Assembly (NCBI GenBank): GCA_030704615.1 | Contig: CM060734.1 | Coordinates: forward strand, 60,698,001-60,762,000 | From: Takakia lepidozioides | Lineage: Eukaryota > Plantae > Bryophyta | DNA: 64,000 nucleotides | Direction of reading: 5' to 3' | Shown here: positions 1 to 11,640 of the stretch, in pieces | How positions within the stretch are numbered: the first letter of the stretch is position 1 | Layout of the letters: every line of letters begins with the position of its first letter | The notes under the pieces: generated by a model | What the model saw: only the letters and a program-made list of their open reading frames with translations | Database searches by the model: none | What the model was told of the DNA's origin: nothing | Made by a program: the position numbers and the translations under genes

Positions 1-1741
1 AGGCAACGTGGCGTATGCAGCATATTGATTGATTAATTAAAGGAAGGTAAGTTAAGGGGAGCAGTGATTGGCAGGCCCACCAAAGGAGGGCATGAACCCT
101 AGATCTGTGTCGGGCTGCGCTCCGTTGACTCAAATAATGGGGACTCGACTCGATGCGCGGCCTAAAATACGCTCCGGCTAGTTATTCCATTTATCCCATA
201 ATCGTAGCACTCATTCCCAGCTTTTACTCCTTAGTCCTCCGTAAAAGTGGATGACTAGTCACATTTCATCCATCTTGCCAGCAAGGCGCCAACGGAGACG
301 TCAGATCCGAGGCGAATGGATGGATGACTCCCGATTCGGTCGGCCCCGTATTGCTGATGGATGGATGGTATTCGTCCACTATCAGTGGTGCACGAATCGG
401 AGAATGATGGATGAAAGGTGGATGGATTGAAACCACAAACAAAGCGGCGCCATTGGTGCAAACTTATTACCCTCACCCAGATACTATTATACTTATATTA
501 TCTGTATACATTATATATATATGGCAAAACTAATTAAACTAAATATTAGGGTGGCCCCACGAGAACTTAAAAGGTTCCAGAGCCGTGCGATGGCGGCGAC
601 CGCTGGCGACGCTTCCAAGGCAGGGAGACCTCCGCCCGGGAACTTTCCCGGTTGACCCGGAAGGCTCTTGAGGCCTCTCGTAAAGGGGCGTTGGTTGGTT
701 GCGAGAGCAGGAGAGCAGTGCGAGCAGGTGAGAGCTTTGTGAAGTTGCTCGCGCTCACACGCCAAGCATTGCTTTCAAAGAGCTACAATGCTGGTCGTTG
801 TGTTACTGTGATCCGGCCATAAGGAATGTATAAGCATACAGAGAGGTGTCACACGATATGCCATGCCTGAGGAATCTCAACAGTGACTCGTGAGCTGAGA
901 AATGATCAGTTGTGGTGCGCATGGATGGCAGCTATTCTTGCAAGCAGGCTGGCCTGAAACCAGGATCCCACTGTGCTTGTTTCAGGCCTACAAGTTTGCT
1001 TAAGAGTAGCCGAAAGGAACAGAAATACCTTTGCTTGTAATGGTGAGAAATTGACCACTGGAGCCTCTGAAAAGGCTCAAGCTCTGCGGATGAGGCACGA
1101 ATTGACTGAGACATAAGCTGACTCCTGTGCGCCCTCGCGCTGCAGTAACCACCACTGTTGGTTGTGATGCACTGACCCCATCTACCTCTTTTCCCCATTT
1201 AGAAAGGCCATGGTTCAGGAGAATCTCTCCATTTTGCCTACTTTTTTTTCCCAAACTATTGCACCATGTGCAGAAGTCACTTGATTGGCATTACATTATC
1301 TGCTTAGGAATAAACCAGTTGAACAGTTGAACCAGTTGAACAGTCTTGATTTGGATCTTGATTTGTAACAATCTCTCTAAAATATGTTTGTTTGTTTGTT
1401 TTTTTTTCTCTCTCTCTCTCTCTTCTCACCCTGCATGCAGCCCAGAGTGCCTCCGGTGCCCTGCGCATCCCCAAGCATGTCATTTCTGCGGTAAGCGCAG
1501 GGCTCTACAACTAAAATCAATGACTCTGCAGTTGGAATGTTGAATTTGCATGCTGACAAGAGAGCCTTAGGGAAATAAGTTTATACCTGCAGCTGAACTG
1601 CGGGGATAAGCTAAACCCTGATGGGTGTGAAGTGTGAACCCCACACAAGGCTCCTGACCCTCAGCTTTCTTTGAGTGTACAAAGCAGTATTCCACTATAG
1701 CCATATGAACTATCTGCGAAGGGGTTAACCTTGTTAAGGGC

Positions 1742-2261
1742 TCTTTAGACCCAAGCCCTTTTGCCCAGACCTACCAGCAGATTCGTTTAATCGAAGGCCA
1801 GGCTTCAGACTTTCCTGTCAGCTTTTTACACTGAGGATTCTGTCAAGCTTATTGCTAGGAACCTAGCCCCGACACTGTCATGGTGAAGGGCTTGTCCCCC
1901 AACTAAGCTGTAAAAAAGAAGGTGCTGCCATCACACGAGTCTACTCGAGCAGAATAGACCTTTGAAGATGAAATTGATTTGAGATTTGTCACTGTACTCA
2001 ACTTACTGTTCAGACATGAGTGTCAAGCTTCCTAATACTCATTCTTAAGAGGGAAGAGAATTTTTAAATAAGGACGGGAAAAAGAGCAACTATTATGTAG
2101 TAAGACATGAGAAGGCCTGGAGAGAGGGTGGTTAACCAACTCCTGTTGCTTTTTCGCTTGTTGGGGCTTCTACAAGGTGGAAGGGACAGTTGCCAGCAAT
2201 CAAAACCCATGATCTTTGAATGAACTTGAGGACAAATGATGTTCCGCACTGAAAGGTCACA
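1742..2261. repeat. Dispersed ~520-bp repeat, copy 1 (copy 2 at 26916-27461, same orientation)
   Basis: Both copies run from TCTTTAGACCCAAGCCCTTTTGCCCAGACC to GACAAATGATGTTCCGCACTGAAAG with scattered substitutions and indels; no recognisable protein. Confidence 0.9.
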
Positions 2262-2750
2262 ATTCAGGCTCCTTGATGATGAGAGGAGAAAATAACCTCT
2301 TTCACAGTAACCTCGCCGTGAAGACTTTTCACTTGTTCTCAACACTTTTTTCCTTTTTCTTTCTGTTTCTTGTATTATATTGATGGGACTCCTTTTTTTG
2401 CTTCTTTTTCTTTTCCTTTTTGCATATTGAAATGATAACTTTTTGAACGTAGTTGTGTTATATGTATATATTTTTCTAATTACTTTTTAGAAAAGCTAAA
2501 TTGACATGCAAAAGAGAAACCAAAAGCACACTGACAAAATGTATATAAGAATCCAGATTTCTATTCTATTTCACAATTCATCCTTCACATTGCTCTCTTC
2601 CTTCCTAGCTTGTGGTCTTTGCTGCTCAAACATAGTTTGGTATAGCTCTCTCTCTCATCTTGCTCACTTGGGGGTTGTTTTGCTGCTCAATAGTTCTAGT
2701 ATCTAGCTGCTCTCATCAAGTTTGGGGTGTGTAGTCTTATATTGGTGGCA

Positions 2751-3912
2751 ATGGCGAACGTTCTTCATCGTATGATACAAGGTGTGCCGTTACTTTTGCT
2801 AATCTTAGCTTCGGCTTTCAATCCGGTCAAATCAGTTTGTCCATCGGGTGCCGTGTTCATGTTCGGAGACTCTTTCCGACATTGGAAATGATCAACTAGC
2901 ATTTCCATCAAACCAACAAGTACACTTGAGCAGACCTTACGGAGAAACATTTTTTGGGACATCCAGTAGATCGCTTTTCAAATGGGCGTATTGTGATTGA
3001 TTTTGTCGCTCACGCCTTCGGACTGCCCTTCCTCACCCCAATTCAAGCATATGTAACAAACCGTACCAACTCCACTTTTCGACATGGGATAAATTTTGCT
3101 TACGCTGGAGCTACTACACGAAACGATGACTACTTGGTTCCATATCATCTCGAGTTTCAAGTTGAACAATTTTTGGATTTCAAAAGCAATGCAAAATCAA
3201 AACTGGCAAGAGAAGCTATACCCACTTCAGAAAATTATGAAAAAGGATTATACATTATACACGCTGGGGGCAACGATTTTTCATATCAATATCTCCGGCA
3301 CATCGGACCTATAGAGGTCATGAAACATATTGTGCCTCAATCGGTGGCTGCAGTTTCAGCTGCGACAGAGAATTTATATAATGCAGGGGCTAGACATTTT
3401 TTCATTTACAACAATCATACCGAAGGTTGCTCCACTATTTTCCTCTAAAATTGGGGCACTCCTAAGGTTTCGAGAGATGAGCATGGGTGTTTGATTCCCT
3501 TTAATGAGGTTGTTTTAGCCTACAACGAGGGGTTGAAAAGGATGATTCAAGGTCATTTATATTCATTTCGGTCGATATTATGACATCAATGTGGACATTG
3601 TGAAGAATCTAGAAAAATATGGATTTCCGAAAAAGAATATATTCCAAGCGGCTTGCGGGTATGGACGTCCGTACAATTTCAATTTGGATGTTGTGTGCGG
3701 AAACATTAACACAACCGTAGGAGGGAAAGTTGTAGGTTTAGACGTATACAAATCTAGGGATCCCAACAACTATATTATCTGGAGTACACTTTACAGAGGC
3801 CTTTAACAAGATTATAGCAAAGTCGTTTTTGTCAGGAGAATATTTAGAGCTGCCAACCAATTTCATGAGAGAATGCAAGTTGAACGGGGAGTATTTTGCC
3901 AAAGGAATGTGA
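2751..3912 (+). pseudogene. Intronless GDSL (SGNH) esterase/lipase pseudogene
   Basis: ATG 2751, signal-peptide-like N-terminus, VFMFGDS block I then frameshift, PYGETFF/GHPVDRFSNGR, GINFAYAG, GGNDF, ACG..GRPYNFN, YIIW/GVHFTEA (Asp of DxxH missing), stop 3910-3912; several frameshifts and an internal stop at 3446-3448. Confidence 0.9.
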
Positions 3913-3929
3913 TCTATGTAGTGCTCATA

Positions 3930-5380
3930 AACTGAGGATGGATCAGTTTTGTCCTAGGTTGTAGATTCCCAATTGGGTTTGAAATTGAGATCTCCATGCC
4001 TCATCTATCCCCGGTGAGCTCTTCTTTGGATTCATTGGCTAGGATATCATTCCAAGCTTTAAATGGTCTTCCCGTTGTTGCATGCTAATGGGGTGGGGGG
4101 ACTCTGGTGAATTCAGGACACACCCTGCTCTTAGTCTTACCAAAATTCATGGAAATTTCACTATTGTCTCCAGCATTCCGAGCCTCTTGTGGAATAGTAG
4201 TCGCATCTGCTGGATTGTTCTTCTATTGCGATGGATGTCGCCCTGCTGCTTTAATCCTTTGCCTCCCCGGATCTGCCTAAAAGCTATTTGGCCCGTTCTC
4301 GTGAAGGAGCTCGGGGTGTTCCGATGCTGCTCCCCGGTCAGGGTGTCTAGGTGGCACTCGCCAATTAGCTTTCTTTGGGTCCGTTTGCTACGTCGTTGGA
4401 CTCCTCTTCAGCCATCAATTCACGAGGAGTTCGTGGGCTATATCCAGTGGCCCCCATGAAGTGGCCTTTTTCTACATGGAATATTAGGGGACCAGGGTCC
4501 GATGCTTCTGTTCCCAAAAGGAGGAGGATCCAACGGTGGGCTTCCTCCATGCTTTCTTCTAAATCCATTATTTTTCTTCAAGAGCACAAGTTAGATCTCA
4601 GGAAAATCTCTAGCCTAGGTCCTTCTATCTGGCCACAAGCCTCATCCTGGTGGAACCCCACCATCTTGAATTCGCGTGGGGGCACGGCTGTTCTTGTTTC
4701 ACCATCCATTGCTTCCTCTTTTTGCTGCGTTGATGTGTGGATTCAAGGTAGAGCGCAGTTTTCATTCACTTCTGATTCCTCCATGTTCGGTCCTTATGGT
4801 TTTATTAACATCTACACTCCGAACCTTGTGTCTGAAAGGGTGGCTTTCTGGGATGCTATTCGTCTTAAAATCCTAGATCATCCACTGATAAAACATTGGT
4901 TCATGGTTGGGGATTTCAATATGGTTGAAAGACCTTTAGATCGTTTTGGAAACTCCTCCAACATCCTGGCCTTGGATGAGCAATCTTCCTGGGATAATTT
5001 GTGCTTCTCTGTGGGGTTTATTGATGTCTCATTGCCAGATAGGAACAATTTGAGATTTTCCTGGTCGAATAACATGTTGCCTCCTGACTTGTGTATGGCA
5101 AGGCTAGATAGATTTTACTGCAATGCGATCGCAGCCTCTTGGGCTACTTCTATCCCACTAGGACCAATCCTTCCGGGGTTCGATCACGCGCAAGTAGATA
5201 TCGAGCTTACTGCCTGGTGTGCATATTAAGGGTCGCAGTTTCTTTAAGCTAAATCCCAGTCTGCTTAAATCCAAATTCGCTACCCATCAGCTTGCTATAG
5301 CATGGAAAGATGTTGGAAATGAGTTCTCCTCGGCCACTTTAAGATTTCTCTCCAAGCTCCAGGCAGCCAGGTCTAGATAG
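3930..5380 (+). mobile_element. L1/Tx1-type LINE fragment with ORF2 apurinic-like endonuclease
   Basis: ORF 4375-5229 has STWNIRG, IIFLQE, GGTAVLV, NIYTPN, GDFN, FSWSN, ARLDRFY, DH, followed by degenerate FFKLNPSLL. Boundaries approximate. Confidence 0.85.
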
Positions 5381-5504
5381 GTAGTTATCCCCTTTCTGCA
5401 GCTATCCCCTCAAGAACTGAGTCAAACGGAGCTCATTTGACAAAGATATGACCAACCAGGCTCTTTAAACAACACCTTTTCTTTTTTTTTTCTTTTTTTT
5501 TATA

Positions 5505-6185
5505 TAAGACTTCTTGTTCCCTGGTTCCCAGTGACTGGCTCTCCTCCAGTCGGGATCCGTAGCTATGCTGAGCCTTAATCCTTTGCACCAATATTCCCAA
5601 CAAAAGTAGGAACACTTACAATGCAACCCCGGAAAGCACCAGATCGGAAATATCTGATCGGGCTCAGCACTATAGTGCCAAGGGCACATAAACCAGATTG
5701 TAGGAGCAGCCAGAGGAAATGCAGGTTATGCCAGCATCATCCAGACCATCCCTGCATCTTGGATATGCATCCTCCAGCAAGGGCCGTTGCCTCCATTGCC
5801 CGACACTTGGTTACATGCTCAGCCAAACCTAATCAGGTCATTTCCGTGACAGATTTCAGCGGCATTCAAATCACTGGCCTCGCTATGCACTGCTACCCTC
5901 AATCAAACATCCTGCAAAGCTGGCTGTCTTTCTCTGGCAGATTGCAAATAGAATTCTAAAGGTAGGGCGTTGGCTTCAATTCACCCGTGCACTGCTCTGC
6001 ACATGCTGCTCGCTTGGGGTTTCAGAATCCCTGGAACACTGCCTACTGCAATGCAACATACCTTCAAAAATCTGACCCAAGATTCACTGGCTGCTCGGAC
6101 ACTGGCATGACCAAACCTCTTTAACTCCAATCAGCCTGCTACTGAATTACGATCCCAATGCCCAGTTGAGCTGCCAGTCTCGCAT
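5505..6185 (+). mobile_element. L1/Tx1-type LINE ORF2 C-terminal (zf-RVT-like) remnant
   Basis: PAKLAVFLWQIANRILKVG..CTCC..SESLEHCLLQC..LLLNYD, homologous to segments near 21450 and 43260. Confidence 0.75.
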
Positions 6186-8023
6186 TCACTGTCCCCACCA
6201 AGGCAGTTGCATGAATACTATGAATACCATCACAGCTCCCATCTTCCACTCTAACCGGTTGGATGAGTACGGCCTTGAGGTCTGGTCAAGGCCACCAACT
6301 GCACATGGGTTGTCCCAGTTCTCTGTTGCCCAGTTCGGGTCACCTTGCTGATTGTTGGTGTTTTCAGACGGGTTTATCCCATACACCAGACAAAGGGATA
6401 ATCAGGAAAGTCTGGAGTTCAGAAGCTGATAGAGCTCATATTCCTGCACCAATTAAATGAATGTGGTATCTCGCACTAAGACTCCCAGGACCAGCACCTG
6501 TGCAGAAATAAGTACCCTTGACGCCGAAATGACAGTAGAGGCAAGTGATCAGTTGGAAGTGTTCAATGATGAGACAAGTAGAGCTGGAGCTCCCTTGACC
6601 TGTATCGCCACAATCCTGCACCACATTTGGGAAAATAATGTTAACACTGACAACTATGGAGAACAATGTTACAACAAAGTCCAAAGTCAGGAGGACTTGT
6701 GAGGACTTGGTCTTAAAGGAAGAACTTATCTTTCAACAATCAGAACCATTGGCGGGACGGAGGAGCAGTGTCAGATATATGGTGACAAACTTGGACTCGG
6801 GCAGTGTGCTGAGTTGAAAGCTGGGTTGTGAACCACCATTCGACTTTCCACCAGTTTCCACCTCAAAATGGTGGAACCAAGGTGCAAGGTAGCAACAACT
6901 ACTTGGCTTTGTACAAACCTGAAGCACTTAAAAATGACTTTGCACCTTGCACTCCCCGAAATCAACAATGCCCCCAACAACCCTTTTTGTCAAGAAGCTG
7001 GTTGCTTATGCAGATAATCGACCAGGTGAAAGCAACTTTCCCAGCCACAATCACAAGTAGCATGAAGATTTGTGAGACTCCTAGTTTTGCAGTGTTGATG
7101 ATATACCAGCAATGGGCTCCCCGTTCTCCATCACTTTGCTGCTAGGCTTTCTCTCTCGGGGCCTTCACCTTCAACCAGCTCGCTACGCCGTGCTCTACCT
7201 GCTGGCGCTGCATTTACTGGAGGGGGCGGATTTACAGCTCCTCCTTCAACTGGCTCCACTACACCAGCTCCACCTGCTCTTCCGCTGCCTTTCCTGACCG
7301 CTTCTGGTCTGTGCACATCAAACTAAGGCGAGCAGCCCGGCCATCTCCAGGCACGGAAGTTCTACCCATCTGCTCGATCACAGGTTCCCCTTTAAGTCTC
7401 GCACTTGGTCAGTTTCCCAACAGCCAATCGCTGCTACTCCATGATGTCTCCTCACTGACCAAAATGAAGGCTGCTTCCATGCAGTGTAGCTCCGTCCTGC
7501 CCGACGGCCTCATGCCAGAACCAACGCTGATCGAGACCTGCATATTTTGTTTTTTTTTTTTTTTTTAAGCTTCTTAAACTAAGCACTACTCTCACACAGG
7601 TAATCATACAAGTGCTAACCCTCAACTCCTACCTTGCACTCACAAGTAAGAGCTCATCTCTCTCGAGTGATAGAACAAGCTAAGAGACACACTGTTCACA
7701 CCAGAAACAACATGAAATCCATCGCTATCACTCGTTAAAACAGAAGTCGAGCCAGGGGCACCCCAAACTATGGGGACTCCACCCCACAACAACCTATACT
7801 CCCATCATAAGCACACTCAGTCCTAAACGATGCAGGAGCTCGGTCGCGCAGGCTCAACTCGAGAGAGATGAGCTGCGCGACTGACGCTCTCGTGAAGATA
7901 AGACGGTTCAGGTGTCAAACTAAACTTGACACCTGATTTAACACTTGACCTAAATCCAAGTGTTAAATACAAATAACTAGCTTAATTCTAGTTAGTTTCA
8001 CACTGTGCTTATTTAACTTGACA
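6186..8023 (-). mobile_element. Unclassified repeat element A (LTR-like TGTCAAG start on minus strand, highly structured end)
   Basis: 7610-8023 is homologous to 19140-19513; ends ...AACTTGACA at 8023; flanked by LINE C-terminal sequence on the left and a LINE-like tail on the right. Left boundary uncertain. Confidence 0.5.
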
Positions 8024-8158
8024 GATTGTTCGTGACGGTATGTCTGGGCGTTGATCGTCATGTAGGTCTTATGGCCCTTAAATGAAGGCGGGTGAATTTT
8101 TCCCCCTCCTCAAGGGCCTTCCTTTAAGAAAAAAAAAATCAAAAAAAAAAATAAAAAA
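8024..8158 (+). mobile_element. Probable LINE 3' UTR and poly(A) tail
   Basis: Short segment ending in an A-rich run at 8129-8158. Confidence 0.4.
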
Positions 8159-8299
8159 TGGGCTTTTAGGGTTTACAAAAAGGTTAAAAAACTTAAAAAG
8201 TTGCCCATCACGGTGGCGTGAACAAACTTAGAGCAAGCGGGAGGGAGAGAGAGAGAGGTTGGGACTTAGAGCGAGCAAGCGAGCGGGAGTGAGGGCAAA

Positions 8300-9345
8300 C
8301 ATGCATGGGAGGCCCGCAATTGGAGCAACCTTCACATCTGAAGCAATCAACCCTAGAAACGCTAGGGTATGTGTGGGAGAAAGTGCTTTTGCCAAAGTTC
8401 ATGGCACATCCTTCTACGAGTGGATGGAGGATGCGGCTGGCCAACATTATGGAAAAGTGTTCCATGGATCAATGACGGCGCTTTCTCTCACATCGATGCA
8501 GGATATTCTGAACACATACAGTGGGTTCAAGGGACTTGGAAGCATTGTAGACGTTGGAGGAGGTGTGGGAGCGTGCATGGAAATGTTGGTGAAAAAGTAT
8601 CCGAGCATTCAAGCCATCAACTTTGACCAACCCCATGTTGTGGAGCTGGCTCCTCACTTACCTGGTATCTCCGTCGCATACGTGTATTCCCTTAGTTTTT
8701 CAAGTTCACTGATTTGAAGATGTGAAATGTGCTCAATTTGTTGTCTTCCTCCTCGGAGGGTTCTTAGTTCTGTTGACTAAATCTCTTCCTTTCCCCTGCG
8801 AGGCAAAAAATAAAATAAAAATGTGCTCAATCAGTAAATGCTGCGGTAAGGATCCCTTGGATTCAGCGACCACCAGTTGTGCTTTGCAACATGAGTAGGA
8901 AGACTGCGGACCTCTTTGGTGTCCAACAATTATGTACCATGTTCTGTAGTCAGGTTGGGCCTTCTTCCAGTGTTGCAGTTAGGGGGTGTTCGAACTTCGA
9001 ACAAAGGACAATCCATGACGCAACGTGTATACATATAGTCGTAAGTGGAATCAGATGTACCGATTCTGTTGAATCGACACTGAGAAGGTTACTTGCGAAA
9101 ATAACTTCGGGTATTCAGAGCAGGATTACCATTGGAATAGTTATAAAGAGGCGGAGAGAGAAGCTGAGCTTGGACCACAATCATAACTTGATTATACGAG
9201 TGTGACCAAAAAGCTCCTCATATTGTTCAATTTACGTAGGGCATTCTGGGGTAACCATGGGTGCGTTGCAATGGGTGCAGGAGTGAAGCTAGTCGGTGGA
9301 AACATATTCGAGAGCGTGCCCTCTGCAGATGCTACCTTCCTGAAG
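8300..9345 (+). pseudogene. Plant class II (COMT-like) O-methyltransferase fragment; exons ~8300-8664 and 9281-9345
   Basis: SAFAKVHG, IVDVGGGVG (SAM-binding), INFDQPHVV, GT donor at 8665, AG acceptor at 9280, exon GVKLVGGNIFESVPSADATFLK then GT. No N-terminal dimerisation exon or final exon seen. Confidence 0.85.
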
Positions 9346-9689
9346 GTTCGTTTCGCCCTTTACTCTTGGGAATTTTTATAACTAGTGCATCGAATCCATC
9401 ACAATCGTTCCCGAAGTAAGAGTAGAGTACTTATCTACATTCCAAGATCTTTGGAATCATTCCAGCTTCAACTGTACTGCTGCCATGCACATCTTTTTGC
9501 TTGTATAAGTCGTCATACATTTGTGTTGACCTCCCAAGCTTAGCTGCTGCAGGCAACCTCTGAACCTCTAACTTGAGATCCTTTCCCAGCTTGTAACGTA
9601 CATGATATTAAATCAAATAGAAGTCAACTAGAATTTGCGAGCTCTTGAAGCAAGTGACGTGACAGGGCTTAGGTTTTGGCTGGGAGCTC

Positions 9690-11460
9690 ACCGTTCTTGG
9701 GAGAGTCAGCTTCGTCTGAGCAGGTTGTGTTTCAATCTCTACCCGCTCGGCTCTGATTTTACAGCACGGAGCAGAGCTGGCATGAGTTTCTTGAAGATCC
9801 TTCACGATGGTGGGACAACCGCAATCGCAAGGTGTGGCTTTTTCTTAATGTACGATGTGAAGAAGTTTGTCCATCTTACAAATGTGGGTTGTTGGCTTCT
9901 GTTAGTACCATGATTTGGTTTCTTCCTGATGTTTACAAGGTTCTTGGGAGAGTTAGCTTGGTCTTAGCAGGCCGTGTTTCAATCTCTGCCCACTCAACTG
10001 CACCGTGGTGGTTCTCACTGACCAATCCGACATTACCTAACTATAGACACAAGCAGCACACACAAGAGGTCCTCTTGGGTTCATGGTCAGTCAAATCCTC
10101 CATGGGTCATGACACAAGGTCGAGGACAATGTGGTGAGGGCACCTTCTTCTTCGACCTATTTTAGCTTGTTTTGCCCTTTCATCAGACTCGGCCCTTCAT
10201 TTGCAGCACGGAGCAGAGCTGGCATGAGATTTTTAAAGATCCTTCACGATGGTGCGACAACCGCAATGGCAAGGTGTGGTTTTTCCTTAATGTACGATGT
10301 GAAGAAGTTTGTCCATCCTGCAAATGTGGACTGTTGGCTCCTGTTAGTACCATGATTTGGTATTCTTCCTGATGTTTCAAGGTTCTTGGGAGAGTCAGCT
10401 TGGTCTTAGCAGGCCGTGTTTCAATCTCTGCCTGCTCATCTACACCATGCTGGTTCTCACAGACCAATCCGACATTACCTGACTACAAGACACAAGTAGT
10501 ACACACAAGAGGTCATTTTGGGTTGATGGTCGGTCAAATCCTCTATGGGTTCTTCTTCGACCTATTTCAGCCTGTTTTTCCCTCTCATCAGACTCGGCCC
10601 TGAGATGCATATTGAATTATGTAAGTTAGCTCGTTGCTCATTGATAAGTAGGGTTGGGGGTGTTTGCTGGAATGATTGCTGTATGCATGATTTTGTGTAG
10701 AGGCATAGATAGCTGAAGGACCAGGGATAAAGTGTGCTAATAAAGGCACCTTCTTCAGCACATTTCACCCTGTTTTTCCCTCTTATCAAAACCGGCCCTA
10801 AATTTCAATGTCTGCAAGTTAGCTGGTTGAGTGAATCTAGTTTGGAGTGACTTTGACATGATATTGCCAATGTGACAACAGCAAAGTATCGAAAAACAGT
10901 TAGCGGAGATGAGGGGATGCTGTGGAATGAATAATTTTCTGACCCCAGTCAGTGGTGGGATAACTGAGGCAAAAAGGTAAATGCTTGTTGGATTACAGAG
11001 AATAGCAGATGCAATTGAGAATAGGAACTAGTGTGATAAGTTGAGTTGGGTGTTTGTTGGAACAAATGTAGGCTGTCATTGTCAGCTGCTAACAGCAATG
11101 CAAGAATATATGCATGATCTGTGCAGAGGCATGGATAGTTGAAGGAGCAAGGATAGAGTGTGGGTCCAGATCATCCAAGAGAGCCGGATTTCAAGCTCCA
11201 GATTACCGATGATTCCCTGTGGAAGGATAGCTACAAGAAACCTGCATGGGTAGATGATCATGGGTAGATGGTAGATAGTTTGGAGTGACTTTGATATGAT
11301 ATTGCCAAAGTGACAATAGGAAAGTATCCATAAACATGTAACAGAGATGAGGAGAAGCTGTGGAATGAACTTTTCTGACCCCAGTCAATGGTGGGACAAC
11401 AGAGGCAAAAAGGTGAATGCTTGTTAGATTACAGAGAGTAGCAGACACAATTCAGCATAG
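9690..11460 (+). pseudogene. Degenerate, internally duplicated exons encoding OSB/PTAC9-type PDF ssDNA-binding motifs
   Basis: STEQSWHEFLEDPSRWWDNRNRK|GT (~9763-9831, again ~10205-10273), TNPTLP(N/D)Y(R/K) (~10021, ~10463), LWNE*FSDPSQWWDN*GKK|GT (~10920-10977), HPREPDFKLQITDDSLW (~11172-11222), KLWNE..SDPSQWWDNRGKK|GT (~11355-11412); stops and frameshifts present. Confidence 0.8.
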
Positions 11461-11559
11461 GCACTAAAGCAAACTCTCCTTCCCCGTAAGGGTGTGTTTT
11501 GGTATCTGAGCGAATAAATATTTTATCTAAGAATATAATTTCAAAATTCGTTATTTAAT

Positions 11560-11640
11560 AATGTGCCACTGTCCCCTGTTGGTCAAAAGTAATAATAATA
11601 ATAATAATAATAATAATTATAGTAATTATAATAACAATAA
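11560..11640 (+). mobile_element. Isolated LINE-type 3' end with (AAT)n tail
   Basis: GCCACTGTCCCCTGTT then AAAAGT(AAT)n; same motif precedes the A-tail at 50733-50785. Confidence 0.55.

Noticed and set aside
940-1000. Hairpin GGCCTGAAAC/GTTTCAGGCC as possible miRNA or terminator
   Set aside because: Only a 10-bp perfect stem, single copy, no supporting context.
540-1560. Possible small exons (e.g. 1441-1490 between CAG and GTAAG)
   Set aside because: Splice-like signals but no recognisable protein in any frame.
6186-7545. ORFs inside element A as gag/env-like genes
   Set aside because: All frames are interrupted and contain no motif I can name.
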